Shown here piece after piece: positions 34,633 to 44,767 of a stretch of 50,613 nt of DNA. Made by a program: the position numbers and the translations under genes. This DNA is from Verrucomicrobiales bacterium. GTDB taxonomy: Bacteria > Verrucomicrobiota > Verrucomicrobiia > Methylacidiphilales > JAAUTS01. Every line of letters begins with the position of its first letter. The stretch's first letter is position 1. The DNA lies in contig JAISBF010000088.1 in assembly GCA_031266335.1 (NCBI GenBank), forward strand, positions 1-50,613. The letters run 5' to 3'. The notes under the pieces were generated by a model. It was not told where the DNA came from. It saw nothing but the letters and a program-made list of their open reading frames with translations, and made no database searches.

Positions 34633-37600
34633 ATGACTTCCTTGCGGCGAAAATCTTGCGGCGCGAATATTGTTTTCGCTATCAGTTTAATCGTGCCAAT
34701 CATCGGCTGGTTGGCGGTTAGCGATGTGAACGGGGCGCTGACGGTGGCGACGAACAAGCTGACCGCAACTGGCGCATGGCCGGCGCTGGCGTTGCGCGGT
34801 TACGGCACGGTCAGCGCCGAGTCGTGGGCGGACCGGGCCGGCGGCACGCTGCTGGTGATGACTTGCGAGGGTGACGAGCAGGCGAAGCTGACGCAGGCGA
34901 AATATCTTGCCGATTTACAAACATTGCCGCCGCTGCCGGTGAAGGTCACGGTCAGCGTCACGCCCGGAGCCGTCAACCGCAGCGCCCCGGCAGCGCCGAT
35001 GTTGCGCGGCGCGAAGAAGCCGGCGGCGCCCGCCGCCGGGACGGTCGTCAGCGCGAATAAACCCTTGCCAGTCACCGCGTGGCAGACCGCTGACGGCGGC
35101 GTCATTGCCGCGTTGCGCGACGGTCGGCGCGTCCTGGTCGGCGCCGCCGCGTCACCGTCAGCGCTGGCCGCGTTGCTGGAATCGTCGCTCAGCGGCGCGT
35201 GGGCGGGCGTGGAGAGCGAGGCGACCGTCAGCGTGCCGATGTGGCTTGACCGCTGGGACCGGCACAGTTTCCGTTTTTACTACGGCGCTTTCATGCGGCC
35301 GAAAGGCGAGGATCAGCGCGCCGTGAAATTTTACGACCCGACGCAGGATTACGAGTTCGCGCGGAAAAACGGCGCGGGCCTGATTCTGTGGACGACGCCG
35401 ACGCAACCGGACACCGCCGAGAACATCATGAAGGACAACGAGTGGCTGTTCGCGTTCCAGACCGGGCGCCAATACGGGCTGTCGCTGGGCCTCAACACCA
35501 ACCTCGGCGACTCGCCGTACTGGCTGTTCAACCGGCGCCCCGACTGGCGCTTGCAGTATCAGCCGCAGTTTTTGGGCACTTATTACGGCTCGATGAATTT
35601 CGGCATCGGCGAATTGCTCTCGTGGTGCTCGGTGCCGGGCCGCGACGCGGCGCTGGCGGAGATGCAGCAGACGGTGAAAAAATACGGCGACGTGGAAAAT
35701 ATTCTCACTTGGCTGGAGCCGCATGGCGAGTTGGGGCACGGCGCCGCCGACTGGCTGGTGGAGTACGGGCCGGTCGCTGACGATGACTTCCGCGGTTACT
35801 TGCAAAAACAATACGGCGGCAAGTTGGCGAAATTGAACGCCGCGTGGGACGCGAACTTCCGCGACTGGCAGGAGGTGCGGGTGCCGGAAGTGGCGTCGTT
35901 TCTCGGCTGGGGGCCGGCCGCGTTTGATTTGACCGGCGAGTGGAAATTTTCGTACGACGATTACGGCTCGCCGCAACTCGCTGACGTTGACGACTCCGCG
36001 TGGCCCACCGTCAGCGCCCCCGGTCACGCGCTGCTGCGCTACCTGCCGCGCAAGCCGGCGACCTTCCGGCGGCATTTCACGCTCGACGCGTCATGGTCAG
36101 CGGGCCAAAAAGTGTGGCTGTATTTGTGGGACTTGAACGACACGCGCCCGGGCAAGACCGACCCGAACGCCCTCGTGCATGTGTGGCTCAACGGCCAGCC
36201 CGTGCCGGAGCAGCCGCCGGTGCTCAGCGCCGACCACTGGAACGCGCTGGAGGTGAGCGGCCTGCTGCGCGCCGGCGCAAACACGCTGACGGTGAGCCTG
36301 CCGAAGGGCATGTTCAACTACCGCGCCTATTTGTCGCCGCACGAGCCGCGCGTGTATCCCGATCTGGCGCCGGGTGAGAACGCGCGCTGGGCGGACTTCG
36401 CGCTGTGGAACTTCGGCATCCGCGCCAACGCGGTGAAGCGCGGGCTACAAATGATTCGTCAGGCCGACCCGAACCGCGGCATTTTCCTCATGTCGCCGGA
36501 CTCGTTCGTGGACGGCCTGCTGCCGCTGGCGCGCGAATATATGGGCGACTTTCACAACACCGGCTACATGGCCGGCTGGTGGTGCGACTCGCTGCCGGCG
36601 GAGATGCGCGGCGCGCGGCTGCCCATCTCGGTCGAGCCGGGCGGGCCGGCAAAAACGGCGGACGAGTTGAAAAAATTTTTCGGCAACTGGCTGACCGAGG
36701 GTGTCAACGGCATCGATTATTTCATGCACCTCGGCGAGGTGCTGTGGAATCCGCCGATCAAGCAAATGTTCGAGGATCACATCCGGGTCTATGGCAGCGC
36801 GGGACGTTATCATATCCCGTACGCGGAAGTGGCGGCGCTATATTCGGGCCGGGTGCGGATGCTGGCGGATTTTCCGTGGCGCGCCGGCTGGCTGGCGTCG
36901 CGGCCGGCCAACGAGTGGCTGGTCGGCGGCTTCCCCTATGTGTCCCCGTTTAACGCGCGCAAGCACATCAGTCCGGTGGAATATCTGCCGCCGCTGGAGT
37001 TTCCCTACGAGAGCGACGTGGTCACCGAGTCGTCGTTCACCACCAGCGACGACCCCGCGCGCTTCCGCGTGATTATCGACGCCGGCTCGTCCACGCTCGA
37101 CGCCGCCACCGTCAGCGGCATCGAAAAATATGTGCGCGCCGGCGGCGTGTTCGTGGTGTACGGCCAGACCGGACGCAACACGCCGGCGCGCAAGGACGCC
37201 TGGCTGCTGGATGAACTGACCGGCTATCGCGTGATTGGCAACACCGGCGACCAGCGGCACAACGGCACGCTGACGGTGGCGGCGGGGCAGGAGATTTTTT
37301 CACCCGACTTGAAAAAATATCTCGGCGACAATTTTGGCGGCCTGCGGTTGGAAAAAACGGCGCCGGACGCGACCGACTTACTGAAGTGGCAGGACGGCTC
37401 CGTCGCCGTCGGCGTCCGCCCGCTGGGCAAGGGCTGGTTCGTGTACATGGGGGCGTGGATCGGCAAGGGGATGCCGCGCCTGTTCGAGGCGGTGCTCCAG
37501 TGGCGCGGCGTCAAGCCGGTGCCCGCGCGCCTGCTCGCTGACCGTCACAAGGTCATCTGGCGGCACTTCGTCAGCAACAACGGCCTCTACGACGTGTGGA

Positions 37601-38673
37601 TGTTGTTCAACCAGGACCGCGAGGCCGGTCTCAGCGCCGAGTTTGAGCTGATGTCATCGTCAGCGGCGTGGGCGTGGGATTTGCAGAACGACCAACGGCA
37701 GCCAGTGTCAGCGGGCAAATTCAAGGTCGAACTCGGCCCGCTCGACACTAACATCTGGCTGACGCCACGCGCGCTGTCGGCGGCGGCGGCGGACTGGCTC
37801 GGCCTGCAACGCGACTGGTGGCGCGCGGTCACCGCCGACCTTGGCGCGCCGCTGACGCTGGCGCCGGCGAAGCTCGCGCATGAAATCTCCGACGGCTGGC
37901 GCATGAAAATCCTGGACGACGGCGCGGTCAACGTCAGCGCCGCCGTGCAGCCGGGTTACGACGACAGCGCGTGGGAACAACGGCGGCTCGGCATCTACAC
38001 ATTGCCCGACCATCCCGGCGCGAAACGCGCGCTGTTCCGCCGCGAGTTCACCGTGCCGGAGCACTGGCGCGACGGCAGCGTCAAGTTGTGGCTCGCCAGC
38101 CGGCTCGGCAACACGTTCCTCGGCCAGACGAAGGTTTATTTCGACGGGACGCTGCTGGTGGAGAACAGCAACTCCGTGATGGGCGACACTTGCGGCGGCG
38201 CGTTGCGGGCCGGCACCAAACACACGCTGGCAGTGGAGTTCGCGGGCGACGACGCGGTGCTCGGCTCGCGCGGCGAGACGTGGCTGGCGTGGCACCCGGC
38301 ACCGTCAGCGCGGCAGGATTTGCGCGGCGCCTGGGAAATCGCCAAGGACGGTTTGCATTGGGAAACCGCGACTTTGCCCGGCCCGTTCATCGGCGCCGCG
38401 GCGCGCCAGACGGTGAAAATCGACGCCGCGCAACGGGGCAAAAATATCGTCGTCCACGCTGACGGTGACGGCAACGCGTTGCGCGCCATCATCATCAACG
38501 GTCACGCGGTGCCGCGCGCGCACGGCCGCTACGGCACCGAGAGCAATATCAACATCACGCCGTATGTCAAATTCGGCGCTGACAATGAAATCATCCTCAC
38601 TTGCAACGAGGGCGACCGCTGGAACGTCAGCGAAGTGTCGCTGGAGTATCACGAACCGGAGAGTTATCCATGA
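34633..38673 (+). CDS. Giant secreted protein, family B (B2); paralog of B1
   Basis: It is collinear with 12207-16175 (LRGYGTVSAESW, WLEPHGELGHG, YRGYLQKQYGGKLAKLNAAWDANFRDWQEVRVP, C-terminal LEYHEPESYP). The start is uncertain: ATG at 34633 gives a signal-anchor, and the track start is 34546. Confidence 0.8.
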   Translation: MTSLRRKSCGANIVFAISLIVPIIGWLAVSDVNGALTVATNKLTATGAWPALALRGYGTVSAESWADRAGGTLLVMTCEGDEQAKLTQAKYLADLQTLPPLPVKVTVSVTPGAVNRSAPAAPMLRGAKKPAAPAAGTVVSANKPLPVTAWQTADGGVIAALRDGRRVLVGAAASPSALAALLESSLSGAWAGVESEATVSVPMWLDRWDRHSFRFYYGAFMRPKGEDQRAVKFYDPTQDYEFARKNGAGLILWTTPTQPDTAENIMKDNEWLFAFQTGRQYGLSLGLNTNLGDSPYWLFNRRPDWRLQYQPQFLGTYYGSMNFGIGELLSWCSVPGRDAALAEMQQTVKKYGDVENILTWLEPHGELGHGAADWLVEYGPVADDDFRGYLQKQYGGKLAKLNAAWDANFRDWQEVRVPEVASFLGWGPAAFDLTGEWKFSYDDYGSPQLADVDDSAWPTVSAPGHALLRYLPRKPATFRRHFTLDASWSAGQKVWLYLWDLNDTRPGKTDPNALVHVWLNGQPVPEQPPVLSADHWNALEVSGLLRAGANTLTVSLPKGMFNYRAYLSPHEPRVYPDLAPGENARWADFALWNFGIRANAVKRGLQMIRQADPNRGIFLMSPDSFVDGLLPLAREYMGDFHNTGYMAGWWCDSLPAEMRGARLPISVEPGGPAKTADELKKFFGNWLTEGVNGIDYFMHLGEVLWNPPIKQMFEDHIRVYGSAGRYHIPYAEVAALYSGRVRMLADFPWRAGWLASRPANEWLVGGFPYVSPFNARKHISPVEYLPPLEFPYESDVVTESSFTTSDDPARFRVIIDAGSSTLDAATVSGIEKYVRAGGVFVVYGQTGRNTPARKDAWLLDELTGYRVIGNTGDQRHNGTLTVAAGQEIFSPDLKKYLGDNFGGLRLEKTAPDATDLLKWQDGSVAVGVRPLGKGWFVYMGAWIGKGMPRLFEAVLQWRGVKPVPARLLADRHKVIWRHFVSNNGLYDVWMLFNQDREAGLSAEFELMSSSAAWAWDLQNDQRQPVSAGKFKVELGPLDTNIWLTPRALSAAAADWLGLQRDWWRAVTADLGAPLTLAPAKLAHEISDGWRMKILDDGAVNVSAAVQPGYDDSAWEQRRLGIYTLPDHPGAKRALFRREFTVPEHWRDGSVKLWLASRLGNTFLGQTKVYFDGTLLVENSNSVMGDTCGGALRAGTKHTLAVEFAGDDAVLGSRGETWLAWHPAPSARQDLRGAWEIAKDGLHWETATLPGPFIGAAARQTVKIDAAQRGKNIVVHADGDGNALRAIIINGHAVPRAHGRYGTESNINITPYVKFGADNEIILTCNEGDRWNVSEVSLEYHEPESYP

Positions 38674-38727
38674 AGTACTTGATTTATATTGAGGCAGGGC
38701 TTGAAAAAAATAAAACCAGGGAAGGAA

Positions 38728-40023
38728 ATGAAAATGTGTAAAGAAATTGTGAAATTGGGGAGTTTGGTCTTAATCTGTTGGGGCATTATGGAAACCGGAG
38801 CATTGCCTTCATCGGCAGCGGAAGTGGAGCCGCCGAAACCAACCGTGGAAAAATTCACGCCGTTCATCTGGCCCTCGGCGCCGCCGGCGGATTGCCCGTT
38901 CCCGCTGTCCATGGAATTCACCAAGGTGCGTTTCCTCGGCGTCAAGAGCGGCTTCAGGTACGGCGACACGTTCTACCCGTCGTGGGCTGACGATGACAAA
39001 ATGTACTCGCCGTTCACCGACGGCAGAACCTGGCGGCGCGACGGCGGCTGGGACGACAGCAACAGCATGACCGGCGGCAACGCCGTCACCGGCCAGGCGG
39101 TCATCGAGGGCGACGACCCGCTGACGCTGACCGTCTATAGCATCGGCCTCACGCGCGGGCCGGCGACGCCGTATCAAGGCCGCTACCCGTGCGGCTCGTT
39201 GGTGTATAACGGCGTGTGGTATTACGGCACCTACACGCTTGGGCCAAGCGCGCGAGTGGTGCACGAGGGAGTCAGTTACAATTGGCCGTGGCTCGGCCCC
39301 TTCGTCGGGTTCCGCGTCTCGCGCGACAAGGGCGCGACGTGGGAGGACGGGCCGCACACGCCGGAGAAAAATATTTTCGGCGAAACCGGACTGAAGGGCG
39401 AGCCGGTGAAAATCGGCTCCCCGCACTTCGTGGATTTCGGCAAGAACCTTGAGCACTCGCCGGACGGCAAGGCGTACATGGTCGCGCACGGCTCCGAGCA
39501 GCGGCTGCGTTATTTCAGCCCGAGCTGGATTACCGGCGACCGCGTGTATCTGCTGCGCGTGTCACCGTCAGCGGAGAACATGAACGACCCGTCGAAGTGG
39601 GAGTTTTACGCCGGCAAGGACGCGCGCGGCCAGGCGCGGTGGACGAGCGATTTTGCGCAAATCCAGCCGCTGCTGGCGTGGGACAACAACATGGGCTGCG
39701 TGACGGTCACTTACAACGCGCCGTTGCGGAAGTATTTCATGTGCGTCACCGACGGCGGCAACACGTGCGAGAAAATGAACACGTATATCCTGGAGTCCGA
39801 TTCCCTGACCGGCGACTGGCGCCTGGTGAGTTATATGAAGGATTTCGGCGAGCAGGCGTATTTCGTCAACATCCCGTCGCGGTTCATCGCCGCTGACGGT
39901 CAGACCATGTGGCTGCTCTACTCCGGCAACTTCGCGCCGAACTGGAACGGCCAGCAAATCAAGGCCAACCCGCCCGGCAGTCATTACGGGCTGGTGCTGC
40001 AAAAAATCCGGTTGGAAAGATAA
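38728..40023 (+). CDS. Secreted hypothetical protein, possibly a beta-propeller-type glycosidase
   Basis: GGAAGGA precedes the ATG at 38728/38734, and the N-terminus is a signal peptide. Family not recognised with confidence. It is embedded in the CAZyme operon. Confidence 0.7.
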   Translation: MKMCKEIVKLGSLVLICWGIMETGALPSSAAEVEPPKPTVEKFTPFIWPSAPPADCPFPLSMEFTKVRFLGVKSGFRYGDTFYPSWADDDKMYSPFTDGRTWRRDGGWDDSNSMTGGNAVTGQAVIEGDDPLTLTVYSIGLTRGPATPYQGRYPCGSLVYNGVWYYGTYTLGPSARVVHEGVSYNWPWLGPFVGFRVSRDKGATWEDGPHTPEKNIFGETGLKGEPVKIGSPHFVDFGKNLEHSPDGKAYMVAHGSEQRLRYFSPSWITGDRVYLLRVSPSAENMNDPSKWEFYAGKDARGQARWTSDFAQIQPLLAWDNNMGCVTVTYNAPLRKYFMCVTDGGNTCEKMNTYILESDSLTGDWRLVSYMKDFGEQAYFVNIPSRFIAADGQTMWLLYSGNFAPNWNGQQIKANPPGSHYGLVLQKIRLER

Positions 40024-40027
40024 CGCC

Positions 40028-41029
40028 GTGGCCGTGCGCAAAAACTTGTTATCGGCGCTGACGCTGACCGTCGCCGTGACGGTCGGCGGGCAGCCGGAGA
40101 AAATTATTTTCGACACCGACATCACCAGCGACTGTGACGACACGGGCGCGCTGGCCGTGTTGCACACGCTCGCTGACCGTGGCGAGGCGGAAATTCTCGC
40201 GGTGACGGTCAGCGCCCGCGACCGCGCCGCCGCCGCCGCCGCCGCGGTCAGCGTCATCAACACTTATTACGGCCGCCCGGAGATTCCCATCGGCACCTGT
40301 CGCGGCGCGGAGGGCCGGGCGGTGACCGGCAGCGTGTACACGGCGAAACTGCGCGACGAATTTCCGCACGGCGCGAAACCCGACGACGAAATGCCGCCCG
40401 CCGTCGGCGTGTTGCGCCGGACGCTGGCGGCGGCGCCGGACGCGAGCGTGAGCATCGTCGCGGTCGGGTTCCTCGGCAATTTGCGCGACCTGCTGCAATC
40501 GCCGCCGGACGCTGACAGTGACCTGGACGGCGCAGAGTTGGCGCGAAAAAAAGTCCGCCAACTCGTGGTGATGGGCGGCGCGTTCCCGCGCAGCGACCGG
40601 CAGCGCGGCGAGTTTAATTTCGCGTGCGCGCCGGCGGCGGCGAAGTTTGTCGCGGAGCACTGGCCGACGCCGGTGTTGTTCAGCGGTTTTGAAATCGGCG
40701 CGAACATCAGCACCGGCAAATCGCTGACCTTGACGCCGGAAAAAAATCCCGTCCGCCGCGCCTACGAACTGTTCGGCAACAACGCCGCTGCCAATGGCCG
40801 GCCAAGCTGGGACTTGACGGCGGCGCTGGCGGCGGCGCGCGCCCCGGCAACCTACTGGACGGTCAGCGACCGCGGCACGGTCACCGTCAGCGCGGCGACC
40901 GGCGCGAACGAGTGGTCGCCGTCAGCGTCCGGCCGGCATTTTTATTTGATTGAAAAAACCCCGCCGGCCGAACTCGCCAAATTGCTGGACGAGTTGCTGG
41001 CGCGCCCGCCGAAAAAATCATCCTTATAA
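40028..41029 (+). CDS. Inosine-uridine-preferring nucleoside hydrolase-family protein (secreted)
   Basis: IIFDTDITSDCDDTGALAVL matches the IU-nucleoside-hydrolase DxDxxxDD aspartate cluster. GTG start with an N-terminal hydrophobic segment. Confidence 0.75.
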   Translation: MAVRKNLLSALTLTVAVTVGGQPEKIIFDTDITSDCDDTGALAVLHTLADRGEAEILAVTVSARDRAAAAAAAVSVINTYYGRPEIPIGTCRGAEGRAVTGSVYTAKLRDEFPHGAKPDDEMPPAVGVLRRTLAAAPDASVSIVAVGFLGNLRDLLQSPPDADSDLDGAELARKKVRQLVVMGGAFPRSDRQRGEFNFACAPAAAKFVAEHWPTPVLFSGFEIGANISTGKSLTLTPEKNPVRRAYELFGNNAAANGRPSWDLTAALAAARAPATYWTVSDRGTVTVSAATGANEWSPSASGRHFYLIEKTPPAELAKLLDELLARPPKKSSL

Positions 41030-41041
41030 ATCATCATCCTT

Positions 41042-43096
41042 ATGCTCAATACCCCCGACCTGACCGGTCAGCGGCAGCGGCGCGAGCAATGGTTCGCCGC
41101 CGTGCGCGGCCTGGCGCCCAAAATCTTCAACGCCGACGGCTCGCCGAAAATCCCGCAGTTTGACTCGCCGCACCGCGAGGCGCTGTGGCTGCTGCCGTCG
41201 CTGTACACCGGCACAGAGCGCGACATCGCGCTGGCCAACCGCGTCATCGCCCGCTGGCATGACGCGCCCGAGACGCCCGGCGGCCCCGGCAGCCGCGAGA
41301 CCCACGGCTCGCACTTCGGCATTTTCCAGTCGAACTCCATCATTCATCTGTACCACCGTTTTCGCGACCGGCTCACCCCGGACGCGGAGGCGGTGATGCG
41401 CGTCCACGCGGCGCACGGCACGCATACTTATTTCGGTGACGGTCAGCCTGACACCAAATACCACGGCGCGAACGACAACATGCCGACGATGGCGATGACC
41501 GGCCTGGTGTTCGGCGGCGAGTTGCTCGGCGACGAGCGCGCGGTGCGGCACGGCCGCTGGCAACTGCACCAGTTGCGGCTGCTGCTGTCGCGGGCGGCGT
41601 GGGTGTCGGAATACAACTCATGCACCTACACGCCCATCACCCTCAGCGGCGTCGCGTCGCTGGCGACCTACGCGCGCGACCCGGAAATCCGCGCGCTGGC
41701 GCTGGAGTGCGAGCACCGGCTGTGGGCCGAGGTGCTGCTGCATTACCATCCCGGCACGTTCCGGCAGGCGGGGCCGCAGTCGCGGGCGTATGAGATTGAC
41801 GACGCCGGGCATACGCACGGCACGCAGTTTTTGCTGTGGCTGGTGTTCGGCGAGCAGGTCGGGCGCAATCCGCTGCAAAGTCATTTCGCGCCGGACGGCA
41901 TCGAGGTGCTGCATTTCGCGGGCAATGATGTTCCGTCGGTGTGCGGCTGGGTGGAACTCGCTGACACTGACTTCCACGTGCCGGCCCAGCTCGCGTCACT
42001 GGCAGCGGGCCGCGCTTATCCGGCGCGGCTGCGCGGGCGCGTCGAGTCGATGGCGTCGTTCGACGTGCCGTCCAGCAGCGGGCGCACGACGACGTACATG
42101 GAGGAGGAATTTTCGCTCGGCACCGTCAGCGCGCCGTTTTTCACCGGTTACCAGACGCACAGTTTGTACGGCACTTACAAGCTCAAGCCGCTGACGGTGA
42201 CACATCACGACAGCGCGTCGTTCTACGTCAAGTACCGCGTGGACCGCGACGCTTACGGTGTCAAGCAGCCGTTCGGCGGCATGGTGCACGGCGAGCGATT
42301 CATCGGCAACCGCGGCTGGCAGCGGACGTTGCAACGCGACCACACCGCCCTGCTGACGGTGACGCCCGACCCCGGCCTCGCGCCGCTGACGACGGCGACG
42401 CTGCGGCTGGACCTGATTTTCCCCGCGCACTACGGCAACATCCGGCGCCACATCATCGGCGGCGGCGCGGCGCGCGCCGGCGCTGACGGTGAGAGCGCGG
42501 AGGTCGCGCCGGTGAGCATCGAGGCGGGCGAGGTGTTTATCCACGTGTTCCCGCTGCTGCCGACCAACCTGCCGCGCCGCGCCGCGTTGCGCTGGCGGCG
42601 GGATAATCTTTACGAGGTGTTGGAATTGATTAACTACGAGGGGCCGGCGCGCGAGTTCGCCAGGGACGAGTTATTGCGCGCGCTCAACGGCTTCGTGCTG
42701 ACCGTCAGCGCCAGGAAAAATTTCCCGTCGCTGGAGGAATTTCACCGTCAACACGCGGCGGCGCAAGTGACGGATTATTTGCTGGGCGACCTGCGGTTCA
42801 TTCACTGGCAGCGGGGGGAGTTGCGCTTCGATTTGGTCTATGCGCCCAAACACGGCAGCGCGCAAACCGAGGCGGTGAACGGCCGGCAGGAGCCGCTGCC
42901 GGTGCTGGAGTCGAACCAGCTTGACGCGGCGCGACTGCCGTTTTTGTCCGGCGACGTGCCGCCCGCGCCGGCGCTGTTCCCGTGGGGCGACAGCCTGGAA
43001 GTCTGCTGGTATCCCGACCAGCCGTGGCTCATCGGCGCGCGCGGCGGGCCGGATGAATCGCCGTATGCGCGCCGCGTGGAAAAATCGCGCCGCTGA
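41042..43096 (+). CDS. Conserved protein of unknown function (X2); paralog of 6199-8292
   Basis: 684-aa ORF collinear with X1. No signal peptide. Confidence 0.75.
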   Translation: MLNTPDLTGQRQRREQWFAAVRGLAPKIFNADGSPKIPQFDSPHREALWLLPSLYTGTERDIALANRVIARWHDAPETPGGPGSRETHGSHFGIFQSNSIIHLYHRFRDRLTPDAEAVMRVHAAHGTHTYFGDGQPDTKYHGANDNMPTMAMTGLVFGGELLGDERAVRHGRWQLHQLRLLLSRAAWVSEYNSCTYTPITLSGVASLATYARDPEIRALALECEHRLWAEVLLHYHPGTFRQAGPQSRAYEIDDAGHTHGTQFLLWLVFGEQVGRNPLQSHFAPDGIEVLHFAGNDVPSVCGWVELADTDFHVPAQLASLAAGRAYPARLRGRVESMASFDVPSSSGRTTTYMEEEFSLGTVSAPFFTGYQTHSLYGTYKLKPLTVTHHDSASFYVKYRVDRDAYGVKQPFGGMVHGERFIGNRGWQRTLQRDHTALLTVTPDPGLAPLTTATLRLDLIFPAHYGNIRRHIIGGGAARAGADGESAEVAPVSIEAGEVFIHVFPLLPTNLPRRAALRWRRDNLYEVLELINYEGPAREFARDELLRALNGFVLTVSARKNFPSLEEFHRQHAAAQVTDYLLGDLRFIHWQRGELRFDLVYAPKHGSAQTEAVNGRQEPLPVLESNQLDAARLPFLSGDVPPAPALFPWGDSLEVCWYPDQPWLIGARGGPDESPYARRVEKSRR

Positions 43097-43102
43097 CAGT
43101 GT

Positions 43103-43182
43103 TTTTTTACAGGGAGACCACGGAGTTCATGGAGAGCTAAGAAAAAAACACTCCATGTTCTCCATGAACTCACTGTAAAAAT
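43103..43182. terminator. Long bidirectional hairpin between convergent genes
   Basis: GAGTTCATGGAGA (43123-43135) pairs perfectly with TCTCCATGAACTC (43159-43171). The outer TTTTTACAG/CTGTAAAAA extension has T/A runs on both sides. Confidence 0.5.
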
Positions 43183-43191
43183 CTGTTTTTT

Positions 43192-43905
43192 TCATTGGCG
43201 AGTGACGCTGCCGGCCTTGTTAGGGTGGAAGCTGTTGATGTCAGCCTCCGGGTTGAAGACTTGCTCCACGGCCAGGGATTCCACATGGCCGTCAACGAAC
43301 AGATAATTCGACGTTTTGCCGTGCCGCTGATGGTCAATGGCGTTTTGGGCGGATGACAGGCCGTGCCATTGGTGACACATGAAGTGGTCGCCGTTGAGGA
43401 CCGGCTTGCATTCGGCTAACAACACAGTGGCGGCGGGGCGGGGCAGATTGTAAATGGTGTTCCATTGGGCGGGCGCGTCGTCGTAATCGTCGTAGTTCGG
43501 GTCAAGTTCGAAATAGACGTTGAGGGCGTAGCTCCAGATGTTCGGGTCGGTGCTGGCATCGTCGGGGTCGCGAAACTCGGTGTTGAAGATTTGCAGCGCT
43601 TGCTGGTTGCTGTAGTCGCCGTCGTGACCGAGGTAGGGCAGCAGGGCGATGCTCCAGGCCGGCTGACGGCGACGGAAGGCGCTGTGGCTGCTGCGCGGAA
43701 AATCACCGTCGTGGTCCTGCGCGTAGAGTTGCGTGGCGGCGCCGAGTTGCCGCAGGCGCGAGACGCTGACGATGTTCCGGCCCTTGGCCAGCGCGCTGTT
43801 GGCGGCCGGCACAATCAGCGCGGCGAGGACGCCGAGGATGGCGACGGTCACGAGCAGTTCGACCAGGGTGAAGGCGCGACGGGAATGGGGCAGGGAGCGT
43901 GGCAT
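43192..43905 (-). CDS. DUF1559 / prepilin-type N-terminal methylation-site protein with C-terminal H-X9-DG motif
   Basis: The ATG at 43905 gives MPRSLPHSRRAFTLVELLVTVAILGVLAALIVPA. The C-terminal motif is HGKTSNYLFVDGHVESL. Confidence 0.85.
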   Translation of the reverse strand: MPRSLPHSRRAFTLVELLVTVAILGVLAALIVPAANSALAKGRNIVSVSRLRQLGAATQLYAQDHDGDFPRSSHSAFRRRQPAWSIALLPYLGHDGDYSNQQALQIFNTEFRDPDDASTDPNIWSYALNVYFELDPNYDDYDDAPAQWNTIYNLPRPAATVLLAECKPVLNGDHFMCHQWHGLSSAQNAIDHQRHGKTSNYLFVDGHVESLAVEQVFNPEADINSFHPNKAGSVTRQ

Positions 43906-43910
43906 GGCGG

Positions 43911-44654
43911 TCAGGCGGTGGCGCGGGGTTGCAGGTAACGGACGCTGACGGTCAGCGCCAACAGTCCGCCGGCCAGCAGGAGCCAGGCGGACGGTTCGGG
44001 GATTACCTCCCATTGGTAGGTGAGGGTCAGCAGATTATAAATGCTGTCGCGTTGGGCGCTGAGGGCGGACGCGGAGTAATCGACCGCGCCGATGCCCTCG
44101 GTAAACAGCGCGTCGGCCACGAAGATGTCAAAGGTCGCGCTGTACAGTCCGGGCGCACTGTCAGCCGGCAGGGTGAAATAAGGGTGCCACATCCCGCCGT
44201 TCCATAACACCTGGTCGCCGATGTCGGAGAAAACTTCGGCGAAACGGTTGTAGGCGGAATTGTAGTTCCAGGCTTGCAATAAATCCGCACTGGCAGCGGT
44301 CAGCTTGATGCCGAGGGAACGATTCGATGGCAAATAATCACCCGTGGCGGCAAAGCCGAACTGGCAGTTGATTAACGCGCCGCTGCCGCTGTCCGGGTCA
44401 ACCATGCCGTACCAAGCATCGCCGGGGCTGACGTTGGCCGGTATGTTGGAGTTTATCGCGTGCCAGTAATCCAGCGAACCCAGCACCGGCGCGGTGCCGG
44501 AATTGAACATCAATGTCAGCGTGTCGCCGCTGACCGTCACCGCGGACATAATCATGCCGCCCTGGTCGTCGGGGCTGGGCAGGGCGATGGCGTGGACTTG
44601 GCTGACCGTGAGGCCGGCGAGCAGCGGGAGCAGGGGCAGGAATAATTTGCGCAT
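43911..44654 (-). CDS. PEP-CTERM sorting-domain secreted protein
   Basis: Signal peptide MRKLFLPLLPLLAGLTVSQVHA. The C-terminal IPEPSAWLLLAGGLLALTV + basic tail is a PEP-CTERM anchor. Confidence 0.8.
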   Translation of the reverse strand: MRKLFLPLLPLLAGLTVSQVHAIALPSPDDQGGMIMSAVTVSGDTLTLMFNSGTAPVLGSLDYWHAINSNIPANVSPGDAWYGMVDPDSGSGALINCQFGFAATGDYLPSNRSLGIKLTAASADLLQAWNYNSAYNRFAEVFSDIGDQVLWNGGMWHPYFTLPADSAPGLYSATFDIFVADALFTEGIGAVDYSASALSAQRDSIYNLLTLTYQWEVIPEPSAWLLLAGGLLALTVSVRYLQPRATA

Positions 44655-44767
44655 ATCGGCGACGAGCGTAGGCGCGGCCCGGCGGGCGGACAATGTGGCA
44701 AATTGCCGCAGCCGGCCCCGGTGTTTGCGGTTTCTTTGCCGGGCCGCTTTGGGTAAGCTGGCGCCGC

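Noticed and set aside
34440-34757. A 105-aa minus-strand ORF at the island/B2 junction, examined as a possible recombinase remnant.
   Set aside because: It has no recombinase or other motifs. It overlaps the probable 5' end of B2 and its composition changes mid-ORF.
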